Origin: Tubiluchus corallicola
Lineage: Eukaryota; Animalia; Priapulida
Direction of reading: 5' to 3'
Assembly (NCBI GenBank): GCA_030141605.1
Contig: JAQGDQ010001266.1
Coordinates: 1-51,076, forward strand
Length of the DNA stretch: 51,076 nucleotides
Of this stretch, positions 37,648 through 50,849 are shown piece by piece. Below the pieces are notes generated by a model. That model was given only the letters and a program-made list of their open reading frames with translations. It had not been told where the DNA came from and searched no databases. A program made the translations under genes and the position numbers. Position 1 is the first letter of the stretch. Every line of letters starts with the position of its first letter.

Positions 37648-39250
37648 CATAACATGCATGTTTATTGTACATTGTAATTACAAGTTTACAATAACATGAG
37701 GTAAACGTGCACGTTTATTGTACATTGTAATTACAAGTTTACAATAACACGAGGTAAACATGCACGTTTGTTGTACATTGTAATTACAAGTTTACGATAA
37801 CACGAGGTAAACATGCACGTTTGTTGTACATTGTAATTACAAGTTTAGAATAACACGAGGTAAACATGCACGTTTGTTGTACATTGTAATTACAAGTTTA
37901 GAATAACACGAGGTAAACATGTACGTTTGTTGTACATTGTAATTACAAGTTTACAATAACACGAGGTAAACGTGCACGTTTATTGTACATTGTAATTACA
38001 AGTTTACAATAACACGAGGCAAACATGTAGGACTACGTTTGTTGTACATTGTAATTACAAGTTTACGATAACACGAGGTAAACATGTACGTTTGTTGTAC
38101 ATTGTAATTACAAGTTTACAATAACACGAGGTAAACGTGCACGTTTATTGTACATTGTAATTACAAGTTTACAATAACACGAGGTAAACATGCACGTTTG
38201 TTGTACATTGTAATTACAAGTTTACAATAACACGAGGTAAACGTGCACGTTTATTGTACATTGTAATTACAAGTTTACAATAACACGAGGTAAACATGCA
38301 CGTTTATTGTACATTGTAATTACAAGTTTACAATAACACGAGGTAAACGTGCACGTTTATTGTACATTGTAATTACAAGTTTACAATAACACGAGGTAAA
38401 CGTGCACGTTTATTGTACATTGTAATTACAAGTTTACAATAACACGAGGTAAACGTGCACGTTTGTTGTACATTGTAATTACAAGTTTACAATAACACGA
38501 GGTAAACATGCACGTTTATTGTACATTGTAATTACAAGTTTACAATAACACTAGGTAAACGTGCACGTTTATTGTACATTGTAATTACATGTTTACAATA
38601 ACACGAGGTAAACATGCACGTTTGTTGTACATTGTAATTACAAGTTTACAATAACATGAGGTAAACGTGCACGTTTATTGTACATTGTAATTACAAGTTT
38701 ACAATAACACGAGGTAAACATGCACGTTTGTTGTACATTGTAATTACAAGTTTACAATAACACTAGGTAAACGTGCACGTTTGTTGTACATTGTAATTAC
38801 AAGTTTACAATAACACGAGGTAAACATGTACGTTTGTTGTACATTGTAATTACAAGTTTACAATAACACGAGGCAAACATGCACGTTTGTTGTACATTGT
38901 AATTACAAGTTTACAATAACACGAGGTAAACGTGCACGTTTGTTGTACATTGTAATTACAAGTTTACAATAACATGAGGTAAACGTGCACGTTTATTGTA
39001 CATTGTAATTACAAGTTTACAATAACACGAGGTAAACATGCACGTTTGTTGTACATTGTAATTACAAGTTTACAATAACACTAGGTAAACGTGCACGTTT
39101 GTTGTACATTGTAATTACAAGTTTACAATAACACGAGGTAAACATGTACGTTTGTTGTACATTGTAATTACAAGTTTACAATAACACGAGGCAAACATGC
39201 ACGTTTGTTGTACATTGTAATTACAAGTTTACAATAACACGAGGTAAACA
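37648..39250. repeat. 53 bp minisatellite, ~30 copies, immediately 3' of the gene B stop
   Basis: Unit gttt[a/g]ttgtacattgtaattacaagtttacaataacacgaggtaaac[a/g]tgcac. Confidence 0.97.
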
Positions 39251-39283
39251 ATAACACATGTATGTATGTACAACACTCGAAAT

Positions 39284-39538
39284 TTATGAAAAATCATGAT
39301 AATTAATACGAGGGAAACGGAACTTGGCTTTTCCCTGACTAAATTCTGGACTAAAGGCTGGTCGACCGTTGGAGAAAAGGGTGTTGGGGTCCTGGAGGAA
39401 CTTTCTCCCATAGTAGCCGATCCTTGGATTGTGGTAATGATGGTCCCTCCGCAGAAAAGCGTACCGAGCATGAACGTCAAGACCAAGTCGCGGACGTCGA
39501 AATCTATCAGCATAATAGAGTTCTCCAGCGTCAGCAAA
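39284..39538 (-). CDS. Secreted-protein gene B, terminal coding exon
   Basis: Acceptor ttttttcag|, phase 0: FADAGELYYADRFRRPRLGLDVHARYAFLRRDHHYHNPRIGYYGRKFLQDPNTLFSNGRPAFSPEFSQGKAKFRFPRINYHDFS*. Confidence 0.85.
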   Translation of the reverse strand, partial: FADAGELYYADRFRRPRLGLDVHARYAFLRRDHHYHNPRIGYYGRKFLQDPNTLFSNGRPAFSPEFSQGKAKFRFPRINYHDFS

Positions 39539-39638
39539 CTGAAAAAATAGCTGAAAAATTAACAAAAAACTTCAGTTACTAATTTTATATCTTTGTCTTA
39601 ATCTAATTATTCATTTTTAATAGTATTAATCTTTTTTG

Positions 39639-40333
39639 ATAAAGGTCAAGAAAAGGGGTACCGGAAGTAGGTTTCAGAAAAATCGCCTTATAAAATTATA
39701 TTACTTTACAGCAATTTTGTGCGTATGTCGTACTCGCTTTAAAGGGAATTTTTGTTTGTTTTCATTTTAAATCTCTCGCAATACTGTTCCGACCGTGCCA
39801 ATACATGACGTCATATAGGCGCAACGTAAATCAGGGGAAGAAAAGGAAATGTTAAACTATGTCCCAAAAAACTTTCCATACAAAGTTATGTTACTGAGCA
39901 TTTCCCTTACCTACTGGAAAAGACTTATGTAACTAGAAAAGAAAATTATTAATTCTTTCAAATATTTTCACCAATTGGTAAAACGTTGCTGACTCACCCT
40001 CCAGGGTGCGCCACTCACTAGCCAAAAACGTATTTTTAATCTTATTAACAAGGTATAGTGATTTAGAATTTTACTTAGTTAGTGACTTGTGCACTAGGAA
40101 TGCTCTGATTATTTTTTTCAAACTTTACTCAATGTTATCTAAACTTGTTTCAAATGACCTGTCGTCAAAATGGCTGCGTCTAACGGTCATCGCGGAAGTT
40201 TAAATTTACACGTTTTATACAGCGTGACTGCCGATTGAAGTCCTGTATGCAAAAAGGCAGTATGTAAGCGATATAAAATTTCAAAACGAATTTTTTAAGC
40301 TTTAAGTTTATGAAGTGTTTTCTTGTGCTTTAA
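39639..40333 (+). mobile_element. Full-length MITE family A copy in an intron of gene B
   Basis: Colinear with 8116-8790; ends ttttcttgtgctTTAA. Confidence 0.88.
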
Positions 40334-40874
40334 AGTACAAGAAAATGTCGTGAAGTTCGCCTTAATTACTTCGCGTTGATTAATTTGATTTCTAAATATT
40401 TCATTGTGTCTTCTTGCTCATCTCTTCATCTCATTCCCTCCCTTTTTTAGGCTTGTTACAGCATTGAAATAGCTTAAATTCCCTCTAATCTTACTGTACT
40501 TATTTGTTACAGCATTGATATAGCTTAAATTTCCCTCTAATCTTACTGCACGTATTTGCTTCTGAATGACCTTTCACATTAACAGTGTTCTAGTTTTCTG
40601 TATTGAAGCTGTGTAAGACAAGTCTGCTTTGAACATTTAGACCTGTGGGCTAGCCAGGCTATGTTTTAGTATAGTGCTCTTTCAGTATTTATAATTATGT
40701 TATCTATGTACCTGATAGTATAGATGTTATAATATAATTCCTCGTGACTTGTTAATGATTGTTTTTTTATTTGATCGAAAAAGCTAACAGGCTTAATACT
40801 TGTGGGCAAAGTTTAATTCAGTAACAGCTCTCCCACCTATTTCATTGCCAACAGAAAACAGTCTTCATAAATAA

Positions 40875-41400
40875 TGTTTAAAAATTCGTCTTGAAATTTC
40901 ATATCACTCTCAAACAGTCTTATAGGGTACAGGGCTTGTGCCGTAGCAGCAACACTGTATGAAACAAATGAATTTAAACTCCCATAATGACAGTCAGGCG
41001 CAGGCATTTTAATGGTAGGTCGTTTGAAACAAGTTTAGATAACATTGCGTAAAGTTTGAAAAATAATCACATCATTCGTAGCGCACATGTTGCTAATTAA
41101 GTAAAATTTTAAATTACTGTATCTTGTGAATAAGATTAAAAACACGTAATAACTAAGCAAAATTATAAATTACTCGTATCTCCATTAAGATCAATAATGT
41201 GTTTTTTTGTGAGCCAGTAGTGCACACTGGGAAGGTGATAGTGACACTTTACTAGGTGGCACGAATATTTTAAATTATTAAAAAATTTCTTTTCCTATTA
41301 CATAAGTCTTTGACACAGGTAAGTTTAATGCTAAGTAATATAACTTTGTATTAAAAGTTCTTTGACATTGACTTTAAAATTCACTTTTCTTTCCTTCTAA
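40875..41400 (-). mobile_element. Diverged family A-related MITE
   Basis: Reverse complement of the family A 3' half (tttgaaacaagtttagataacattg...aaagtttgaaaaataatca). Confidence 0.7.
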
Positions 41401-41619
41401 CGTTGTTTGGGTTAATATCTAACTTGCGTTACTATAACTTAGGTCTGTATCGCATGATGTTTAGAGCTTAACGCTGGAGATATAACCTCAGTAAACCTCA
41501 TGAAATTAGCCACAATTTTACCAATTTTTTGCGCCACAACACAATACTATTTTAAAGTTTCCTACATTAAATAAGAAGGCATCGTGCAAGAAAGTTAATT
41601 TCAAAATGTCTCCACTCAC

Positions 41620-41673
41620 CGCCATGATGATAAGTAATGTTGTTATGCAGAGACATCTGGTGAGTGATTCCAT
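41620..41673 (-). CDS. Secreted-protein gene B, first coding exon (signal peptide)
   Basis: Acceptor ccttttcag| at 41688, ATG at 41673, MESLTRCLCITTLLIIMA, phase-0 donor |gtgagt; joined to 39538 it gives ...LLIIMAFADA^GELYY (A-x-A cleavage site), 102 aa total. Confidence 0.83.
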
Positions 41674-41776
41674 ACTACTTCAGTATAACTGAAAAGGTAT
41701 TTGTTGATTGGATATTTCCTTTAACCTATACAAAATTACATGTTAATGCAAATGAAATTGAAAACGTCGATTAAAA

Positions 41777-42137
41777 TTAAAACCGGATCCAATCTTAAAC
41801 TGTATGTCAAAACAATCTACTCTTTAAAATGTTGAAAAGAAACATACTATTTTTTCAAAAATGACTTACATGAAACAATTATTACCACAAAAACACAATT
41901 TCACGTTCACGCCACTAGTTCCTCGCTGTTACATACATTTCGCCATTCGCTAGTTAGATGGGCACAGGCGCCTGGATTTCGAAAACGCATTGCACAAAAA
42001 ACAGGTGCTGTGCATCTCAGTTCAGATTTGTTAGTTTGTGACGAACTGCACACGTTCCACAACCCGTGAGCACAACGGTAAATTTGAAATATAAGTTTTT
42101 ATCTTAAAACTTGCCTAATTTTAGTACAACAAACTGA
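41777..42137 (-). mobile_element. Partial MITE family B copy, cut by (ACTAG)n/(AAATC)n microsatellites at 42138-42278
   Basis: aaaaccggatccaatcttaaactg start, colinear with ~14650-15020. Confidence 0.8.
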
Positions 42138-42487
42138 ACTAGACTAGACCAGACTACACCAGACTAGACCAGACTAGACTAGACTAGATTAGACTAGACT
42201 AGACTAAACTAGACTAGACTAGACTAGACTAGACTAGACTAGATTAAATCAAATCAAATCAAATCAAATCAAATCAAATATAATTATCTAGTTGTCACAA
42301 TACAAACGGCAGCACAGCAAAAAAAGAACACACGTTTACAAAGTCAAAAACGAAATGCAAGAATCGTATAAAAAGTACGATATCACAAAAATACTGTTAA
42401 CACAGCTACACATACAGAAGCTAATGCTACATTGATTAAACTTCACCTGAATGTTTGATTTCGCCAAATTCTATGATGATTACGTAC

Positions 42488-42571
42488 CTGCGCGCTCCCT
42501 GGCTTTAAGGGAAAGCGTTGAGTCAGTTCTAATATTACTTCTTTCTGAATTTTTCACTTTCACGACACTGA
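42488..42571 (-). promoter_or_regulatory. Candidate initiator and 5' UTR exon of gene B
   Basis: - strand TCAGT initiator-like motif at 42567-42571 and donor CAG|gtacgt at 42488. Confidence 0.45.
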
Positions 42572-42879
42572 AAGTACGTTTCCTTTAACCGAAAGAGCTA
42601 GTCTATTGTTAATGCTGCTGAACAGTTGTCTGAGCTACTGACCCATAATCTTTATTAACCACGACAAAGTAAAAGTAATGAAGTGTTTGTGTCGTAATTT
42701 ATTTTACTCAGTACAATTTTATTACGGTCTAACTACTCTACTTACAGATGGTTGAGTCGATAAAGAGTTTATTTACATCGAGAAAATATTCTAGTCGCCA
42801 TTTTACAATCTTTGTAATGGCGCTTGATAACTGCAGTTTGTTTTTATGTAAGAATAAATGTACATCTAAAACTAAACTA

Positions 42880-43285
<406 letters not shown>

Positions 43286-44394
43286 ACTAATAATGACATA
43301 GATAATCTTAAAATTATAACCAACTTCTTACGTACTAAAACTAATAGTATTGATATTTAAATTTCATACTAGTTCCTCTAATATGGAAATATTGTAAAAA
43401 AAACTGATACACTAATATATCTGCCTTGTTAACTGCTGAATGCTTCTAAATTAATGTACTCATGCTTCTTAACTGGAGAAACTGTTACATGTTCTTTAGT
43501 AATGGTATGTTTCTCATTGGTTTTATTTTTGATGTATTTTTCTGGTTGTGGTGTGATAAACTCCTTAACTGATGTATTATATAAAGTGCATAAAGTGGCT
43601 TTGCCATGTTTATGTGTAAAACGAACGTAATACGGATTGAAATCAAATTTATTCTTAATTTTAAATGGAACGCATAAAGTAGTAATTCACTGAGCATAAA
43701 ACAGAAGTTTGCAATCTCTGACGGGTATACCAGAATTGACACATTTCATTGTCCAAAATTTTCTACTTTACAGAAAACAGCAACATTATACAAAGGTAAA
43801 AAAGTTCACAATGATAAATTTTCATTCATTGTCAGTGGGAAAAGAAGTTATGAAGATGTGATAATGACTGAAGTGAAACTTGAAGATTATTCAACAATCT
43901 AGACAGAGACAATGAACATGAGCTTACAGAATTTTACAGAATTGTAACACTTCATTATGGTACTTGCAAAAAATTAGTGTATTTTCTTATTCATAAGATT
44001 TTTAAATGTTGAAACAAATCTCAAATTGAAACAGATCTCAAACACGAAATTTCTCTTCATAATTGACATTAAGGATGTAAGGTCTACTATCGAGAACAAG
44101 ACTAGAATTCGTTTTTATTTTTCGTTTAGTGCGTTAAACTGAATGTTTTTATCTAAAATTTGTCCTCCAAAAGTATTATTAGTGCTTCGTGTCCATTACC
44201 GTGCCACCTGTTTATTTTTGTAAATGAAAACAATAAACAACTGAGTTAAAGCATCACGATGTACTTATTTACATTATCATTTCATAACGTTCAATATGTA
44301 AATGAAAATACGTAAGTGTTAATAGACGTCACAACATTTTACAATTCAATATTTAATCATGGGAATTTCTATCCTGACACCTACAGCGTGTTTA

Positions 44395-47225
44395 TTAAGT
44401 TAAGAGATAGTTTTGCCTCTAAACGCGGGGAAACTTTACTTCCCTTTAACTACAGTTAGTACATATTAAGTTTAGAGATAGCTTTGCCTCTAAACGCGGG
44501 GAAACTAACTTTCCTTTAACTACAGTTAGTACATATTAAGTTTAGAGATGGCTTTACCTCTTAACCTGGGGTAAACTTTACTTCCCTTTAACTACAGTTT
44601 GTACATATTAAGTTTAGAGACAGCGTTGCCTCTAAACGTGGTGAAAACTTTACTTCCCGTTAACTACAGTTTGTACATATTAAGTTTAGAGATAGCTTTG
44701 CCTCTAAACGTGGGGAAGACTTTACTTCCCGTTAACTACAGTTAGTACATATTAAGTTTAGAGACAGCTTTGCCTCTAAACGTGGGGAAAACTTTACTTC
44801 CCTTTAACTACAGTTTGTACATATTAAGTTTAGAGACAGCGTTGCCTCTAAACGTGGTGAAAACTTTACTTCCCGTTAACTACAGTTAGTACATATTAAG
44901 TTTAGAGATAGCTTTGCCTCTAAACGTGGTGAAAACTTTACTTCCCTTTAACTACAGTTAGTACATATTAAGTTTAGAGACAGCTTTGTCTCTAAACGTG
45001 GTGAAAACTTTACTTCCGTTTAACTACAGTTAGTGCATATTAAGTTTAGAGATCGCTTTTTTCTAAACGTGGTGAAAACTTTACTTCCCTTTAACTACAG
45101 TTAGTACATATTAAGTTTAGAGACAGCTTTGTCTCTAAACGTGGGAAAACTTTACTTCCCTTTAACTACAGTTAGTACATATTAAGTTTAGAGATGACTT
45201 TACCTCTTAACCTGGGGTAAACTTTACTTCCCTTTAACTACAGTTAGTACATATTAAGTTTAGAGATGGCTTTACCTCTTAACCTGGGGTAAACTTTACT
45301 TCCCTTTAACTACAGTTTGTACATATTAAGTTTAGAGATAGCTTTGCCTCTAAACGTGGGGAAAACTTTACTTCCCTTTAACTACAGTTAGTACATATTA
45401 AGTTTAGAGACAGCTTTGCCTCTAAACGTGGGGAAAACTTTACTTCCCTTTAACTACAGTTTGTACATATTAAGTTTAGAGATAGCTTTGCCTCTAAACG
45501 TGGGGAAAACTTTACTTCCCTTTAACTACAGTTAGTACATATTAAGTTTAGAGATAGTTTTGCCTCTAAACGTGGGGAAAACTAACTTCCCTTTAACTAC
45601 AGTTAGTACATATTAAGTTTAGAGATAGTTTTGCCTCTAAACGTGGGAAAACTAACTTCCCTTTAACTACAGTTAGTACATATTAAGTTTAGAGATAGCT
45701 TTGCCTCTAAACGTGGGGAAAACTTTACTTCCCTTTAACTACAGTTAGTACATATTAAGTTTAGAGATAGCTTTGTCTCTAAACGTGGTGAAAACTTTAC
45801 TTCACTTTAACTACAGTTAGTACATATTAAGTTTAGAGACAGCTTTGTCTCTAAACGTGGTGAAAACTTTACTTCCCTTTAACTACAGTTAGTACATATT
45901 AAGTTTAGAGATAGCTTTGTCTCTAAACGTGGTGAAAACTTTACTTCCCTTTAACTACAGTTAGTACATATTAAGTTTAGAGATAGCTTTGCCTCTAAAC
46001 GTGGGGAAAACTAACTTCCCTTTAACTACAGTTAGTACATATTAAGTTTAGAGATAGCTTTGCCTCTTAACCTGGGGTAAACTTTACTTCCCTTTAACTA
46101 CAGTTTGTACATATTAAGTTTAGAGATAGTTTTGCCTCTAAACGTGGGAAAACTAACTTCCCGTTAACTACAGTTAGTACATATTAAGTTTAGAGATAGC
46201 TTTGCCTCTAAACGTGGGAAAACTTACTTCCCTTTAACTACAGTTAGTACATATTAAGTTTAGAGACAGCTTTGCCTCTAAACGTGGGGAAAACTTACTT
46301 CCCTTTAACTACAGTTAGTACATATTAAGTTTAGAGATAGCTTTGCCTCTAAACGTGGTGAAAACTTTACTTCCCTTTAACTACAGTTAGTACATATTAA
46401 GTTTAGAGATCGCTTTGCCTCTAAACGTGGTGAAAACTTTACTTCACTTTAACTACAGTTAGTACATATTAAGTTTAGAGACAGCTTTGTCTCTAAACGT
46501 GGGGAAAACTTTATTTCTCTTTAACTACAGTTAGTACATATTAAGTTTAGAGATAGCGTTGCCTCTAAACGTGGTGAAAACTTTACTTCACTTTAACTAC
46601 AGTTAGTACATATTAAGTTTAGAGATAGCTTTGCCTCTAAACGTGGGAAAACTTTATTTCTCTTTAACTACAGTTAGTACATATTAAGTTTCGAGATAGC
46701 TTTGCCTCTTTATGTGTGGAAAACTTTACTTCCCTTTAACTACAGTTAGTACATATTAAGTTTAGAGATAGTTTTGCCTCTAAACGTGGGGAAAACTAAC
46801 TTCCCTTTAACTACAGTTTGTACATATTAAGTTTAGAGATAGCTTTGCCTCTACACGTGGAGAAAACTTTACTTCCCTTTAACTACAGTTAGTACATATT
46901 AAGTTTAGAGATAGCTTTGCCTCTAAACGTGGGGAAAACTTTACTTCCCTTTAACTACAGTTAGTACATATTAAGTTTAGAGATAGCTTTGCCTCTAAAC
47001 GTGGGGAAAACTTTACTTCCCTTTAACTACAGTTAGTACATATTAAGTTTAGAGATAGCTTTGCCTCTAAACGTGGGGAAAACTAACTTCCCTTTAACTA
47101 CAGTTAGTACATATTAAGTTTAGAGATAGCTTTGCCTCTACACGTGGAGAAAACTTTACTGCCCTTTAACTACAGTTAGTACATATTAAGTTTAGAGATA
47201 GCTTTGCCTCTAAACGTGGGGAAAG
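44395..47225. repeat. ~72 bp satellite, ~39 copies
   Basis: Unit ttaagtttagagatagctttgcctctaaacgtggggaaaactttacttccctttaactacagttagtacata. Confidence 0.97.
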
Positions 47226-47328
47226 ACCTCCCCGTCAACTTTCTCAACGAGTTATTTCCTACCCTGGACATTATACTAGGTCTCTTCAGTAAACAATTAC
47301 AAGGTTAATGATGCAATAAGACAGTTTC

Positions 47329-47329
<1 letters not shown>

Positions 47330-47415
<86 letters not shown>

Positions 47416-47416
47416 A
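47330..47416. repeat. (TA)n(CA)n(TA)n microsatellite
   Basis: Direct reading. Confidence 0.95.
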
Positions 47417-47559
47417 ATACTTGCACAATAAATCTACAGAAGTAATTATGTACTTTTTCTTTAAGTACTTCGTACAGTTATTTATACAGACAAAATATTA
47501 ATTTGCTTATTTCAGAAATGAGTTTCCGAAATGTACATTGTTGAATCTTGTTGAATATA

Positions 47560-48350
47560 GCGCACTATATCCTTTAAAATCTCAACATGTTGAACAATAA
47601 AATTCACTTGAAATCCATAGGAAACATAAAATTTAAAAGACATTAAAAGTAAAAAAAATTTATCATAAGAAGTGCAATTTAAACAAATGTGTTTTAAGAT
47701 GTTGTTGAAACAATCAAATGAATTTGCAGAACTCTAGGTTTTAGTTTTCGTAATGAGAAGCGCAGTAGAGTTTTGAATTATTGAAGTTTGCGATCTTCAT
47801 GTACAGGGAGTCCAAAAAGTAAAATATTGCAATAATCAAGTTTGGACGTTATGCAGGCATGTATGAGTTTTTCAGTTGTTTGGTGGTCGAGAATATGTCT
47901 GATTTTTCCAATTTTCCACAAATCCAATGATGCTGACCGACTAATGTTTGCTAGATGGTTTGAGATAATACAAAAAGTGTCAAAAGTTACTACAAGATTT
48001 TTGCAGTTTCTGGAGGATTGATACTGACGTCACAAATCTCTACAAAGTAGGGAGGGAAGCTCCCTGAAATTTAGTCTGTTTATGAACTGATTATGTTTTG
48101 ACATTGTGTAAGGTGAGTTTATTGAGTTTAATGTAATTTTGTTTAGTAATGGTGTGTACCTCATAATTTCGAAGCATTGAAGTTCATCCAAGACAGCAAG
48201 TTTAGCTGTGTCACTTGAACGAAGGTCAAGGTCAAAGTGAGAAAATCACAAAATGGCGATTTGTGTAGTTTGTATTTTGTTTTAGCAGTACTTGCAAATG
48301 TCGTCAGCAAATGTCACATAAAGATCAGTTTGGGCAAAAGCTTTTTTGAA
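47560..48350 (-). mobile_element. Heavily decayed LINE reverse-transcriptase remnant
   Basis: - strand tttgctgacgacatt (FADDI, RT catalytic motif) at ~48297-48311; surrounding frames broken by stops. Confidence 0.35.
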
Positions 48351-48382
48351 TTATATGCACCAAAGTACGGAAAGTATAATAG

Positions 48383-48901
48383 CAGTGGCGGCTCGTGTAT
48401 AGATATATAGAAATACAGCGCCCCCTGTATTCACTCAATATTATGGATAATATTCAATATAATAAGTCTTTTTTCTTTAGTTCTTTCTTTATACTTGTAT
48501 GAAACCAGAGCACGTGAGGGTAGTACTGTTTGCTTCACAGCCCAGCACTGTGCGCTCCAGCAATGTGGTGTTTGGCTGTTGTGCGCATGCGGCCATGCTC
48601 ACATGTCTGAGCCCAGGTGGAGAAAGTACTGTCTCTCACATAGTTTGTTGTTAGTTGTCAAGTGCTTACTGTGTATGGATCAAGCTTGAACTGTGACAAT
48701 TTAGGCTATTAGTAAGAAAGAAATATTTTTTGTTTAAGATTTTATCGAGTTTATGTATAAGCTTTCACGTGTTTGTTTGTTTAAAATTACAACATTAACT
48801 TTACGTAATTATGTTTGTTTCATTTTACACAGTATTAAAACAATGGCTAAAAGTTTTCTGAAGCAGCACCGCCAGTAATTTTAGCCTTTGAACCGGCACT
48901 G
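48383..48901. mobile_element. hAT-like MITE
   Basis: Imperfect TIRs cagtggcggctc / gaaccggcactg, flanked by the 8 bp near-duplication tataatag / tataataa. Confidence 0.7.
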
Positions 48902-49369
48902 TATAATAATGCCAATATTTAGATCATCAATTCAATTATCATAGAACCCGTAAGTCGATTCTAATATAAAACGTTTTATTTACTTTATCCAAAGCTTATG
49001 ATAATTCCTCAGGAATATCACGTCAACCTATAGACAATGTATGTGCAAAATAAATTTACATAATATTATCAACATTTGCATAGTATGAACAAACTAACTC
49101 AACTACTACTAAATTTTCATATACAACACTATGTACAAAATAACTTGTTCAAGATGTATGTGTTTATAGGTGTGAAAGACCCGACATTACTCAGAAGTTA
49201 CACGCAAATTGCCTGTTTATTTTACAAAAACTTATCCAGATCTAATTGGTTGTGCTTGTCCACATCCTTGAATCGGACATCATCTTATTTCTAATGTCTA
49301 ATATCCTCATGCCTTTGTATAGAGAATTGGTTACCAGTTTTCCCAGTATTATGATTGCTGACTGAATAT

Positions 49370-49975
49370 CTAATGCTGTGGAATGTCGAAGTGTGTCGGT
49401 CCCCAATATGGATCGAATGCTGGTCGTCCATGAGGTGGAATTCGGGCTGGACTCTTATAGTAAGGCTGTCCATAGTATCCGACTTCTGGATCGTCAATCC
49501 AGATGACTTTGTTGTTGTTGTAGTTGCCATAGTAACCGATTCCGTAAGAAGTAATGGGTTTCAAGCCGTAGCCTTCGGTGGTTCCGTAGTATTCTGTGGT
49601 TCCATAACCTGCCGTTGTAGTGTCGTAACCTGAAGAACCGTAGCCTTCGTCGGACAGGTAATCAACTTGAGATCCGTAACCTGATCTTGATCTTGAACCC
49701 GAACCTCTCCGAGAGCCGTAACCATTTCCACCCCCTCCTTTTGAACCGTAACCACTTCCACCACCACCACCACCCCCTCTTCTTGAACCGTAACCACCAC
49801 CACCACTACCACCCCCAAATGGTACACCGTAACCGCCTCCGCCACCACCACCCCCTCTTTTTGAACCGTAACCACCACCGCCGCCACTACCACCCCCTCT
49901 TGGTGAACCGTAACCGCCTCCGCCTGTTCTTGAACCGTAACCGCCTCCTCGTCCACGGTTTGAAGCCTCAGAACA
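49370..49975 (-). CDS. Secreted Gly/Tyr-rich protein gene C, terminal coding exon (signal-peptide exon not found, probably beyond the window)
   Basis: Acceptor actttgcag|, phase 0, 201 aa: CSEA^SNRGRGGGYGS..., G(n)YGS[KR]R repeats, an acidic GY-x-TT block, then DDPEVGYYGQPYYKSPARIPPHGRPAFDPYWGPTHFDIPQH*. Synonymous variation among Gly codons indicates coding constraint. Confidence 0.9.
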   Translation of the reverse strand, partial: CSEASNRGRGGGYGSRTGGGGYGSPRGGGSGGGGGYGSKRGGGGGGGGYGVPFGGGSGGGGYGSRRGGGGGGGSGYGSKGGGGNGYGSRRGSGSRSRSGYGSQVDYLSDEGYGSSGYDTTTAGYGTTEYYGTTEGYGLKPITSYGIGYYGNYNNNKVIWIDDPEVGYYGQPYYKSPARIPPHGRPAFDPYWGPTHFDIPQH

Positions 49976-50411
49976 CTGCAAAGTTGTAAAAATTCCATTT
50001 TTGACATACATCTTTGTTAAGCTATTGTTAATTGTAGACTTTCACCTTAGCTTTAGGCAAACTACACAGTTGAATAATATATACATTTCGTACACTTATA
50101 ACCTATAATACTTTACCTTCATATATTTTTAACCTACATAAGCTTTGCTTTTATATACGAGACGCCAATAATTAAAGTGAAAGTACACAAATTAGAATGT
50201 CAACTTCAAAAGTACATGGCTCATTTTATGGAGCGCATTTTATAAGTTAGGTAGTCTGTCTTGTATCAAAAATTTGTAAAGTTACACTGTAAGCCTGTAT
50301 CGTTATCATTCTAAATTGCTTGAAACACGTCGTATATAAATAATTAGATTATGATTGTCATTGCAAGGGTTTATAAACTCTGGCAGTCATAGTCATAATC
50401 TAATATGCTCC

Positions 50412-50849
<438 letters not shown>

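Noticed and set aside
49291-50007. Overlapping alternative-frame and antisense ORFs around genes C and B
   Set aside because: Shadows of the real low-complexity coding frames.
49370-50011. ORF-track start MYVKNGIFTTLQ for gene C, and MLIFQLFFQ for gene B
   Set aside because: These are read-through of intron 3' ends; acceptors at 49975 and 39538 explain them better.
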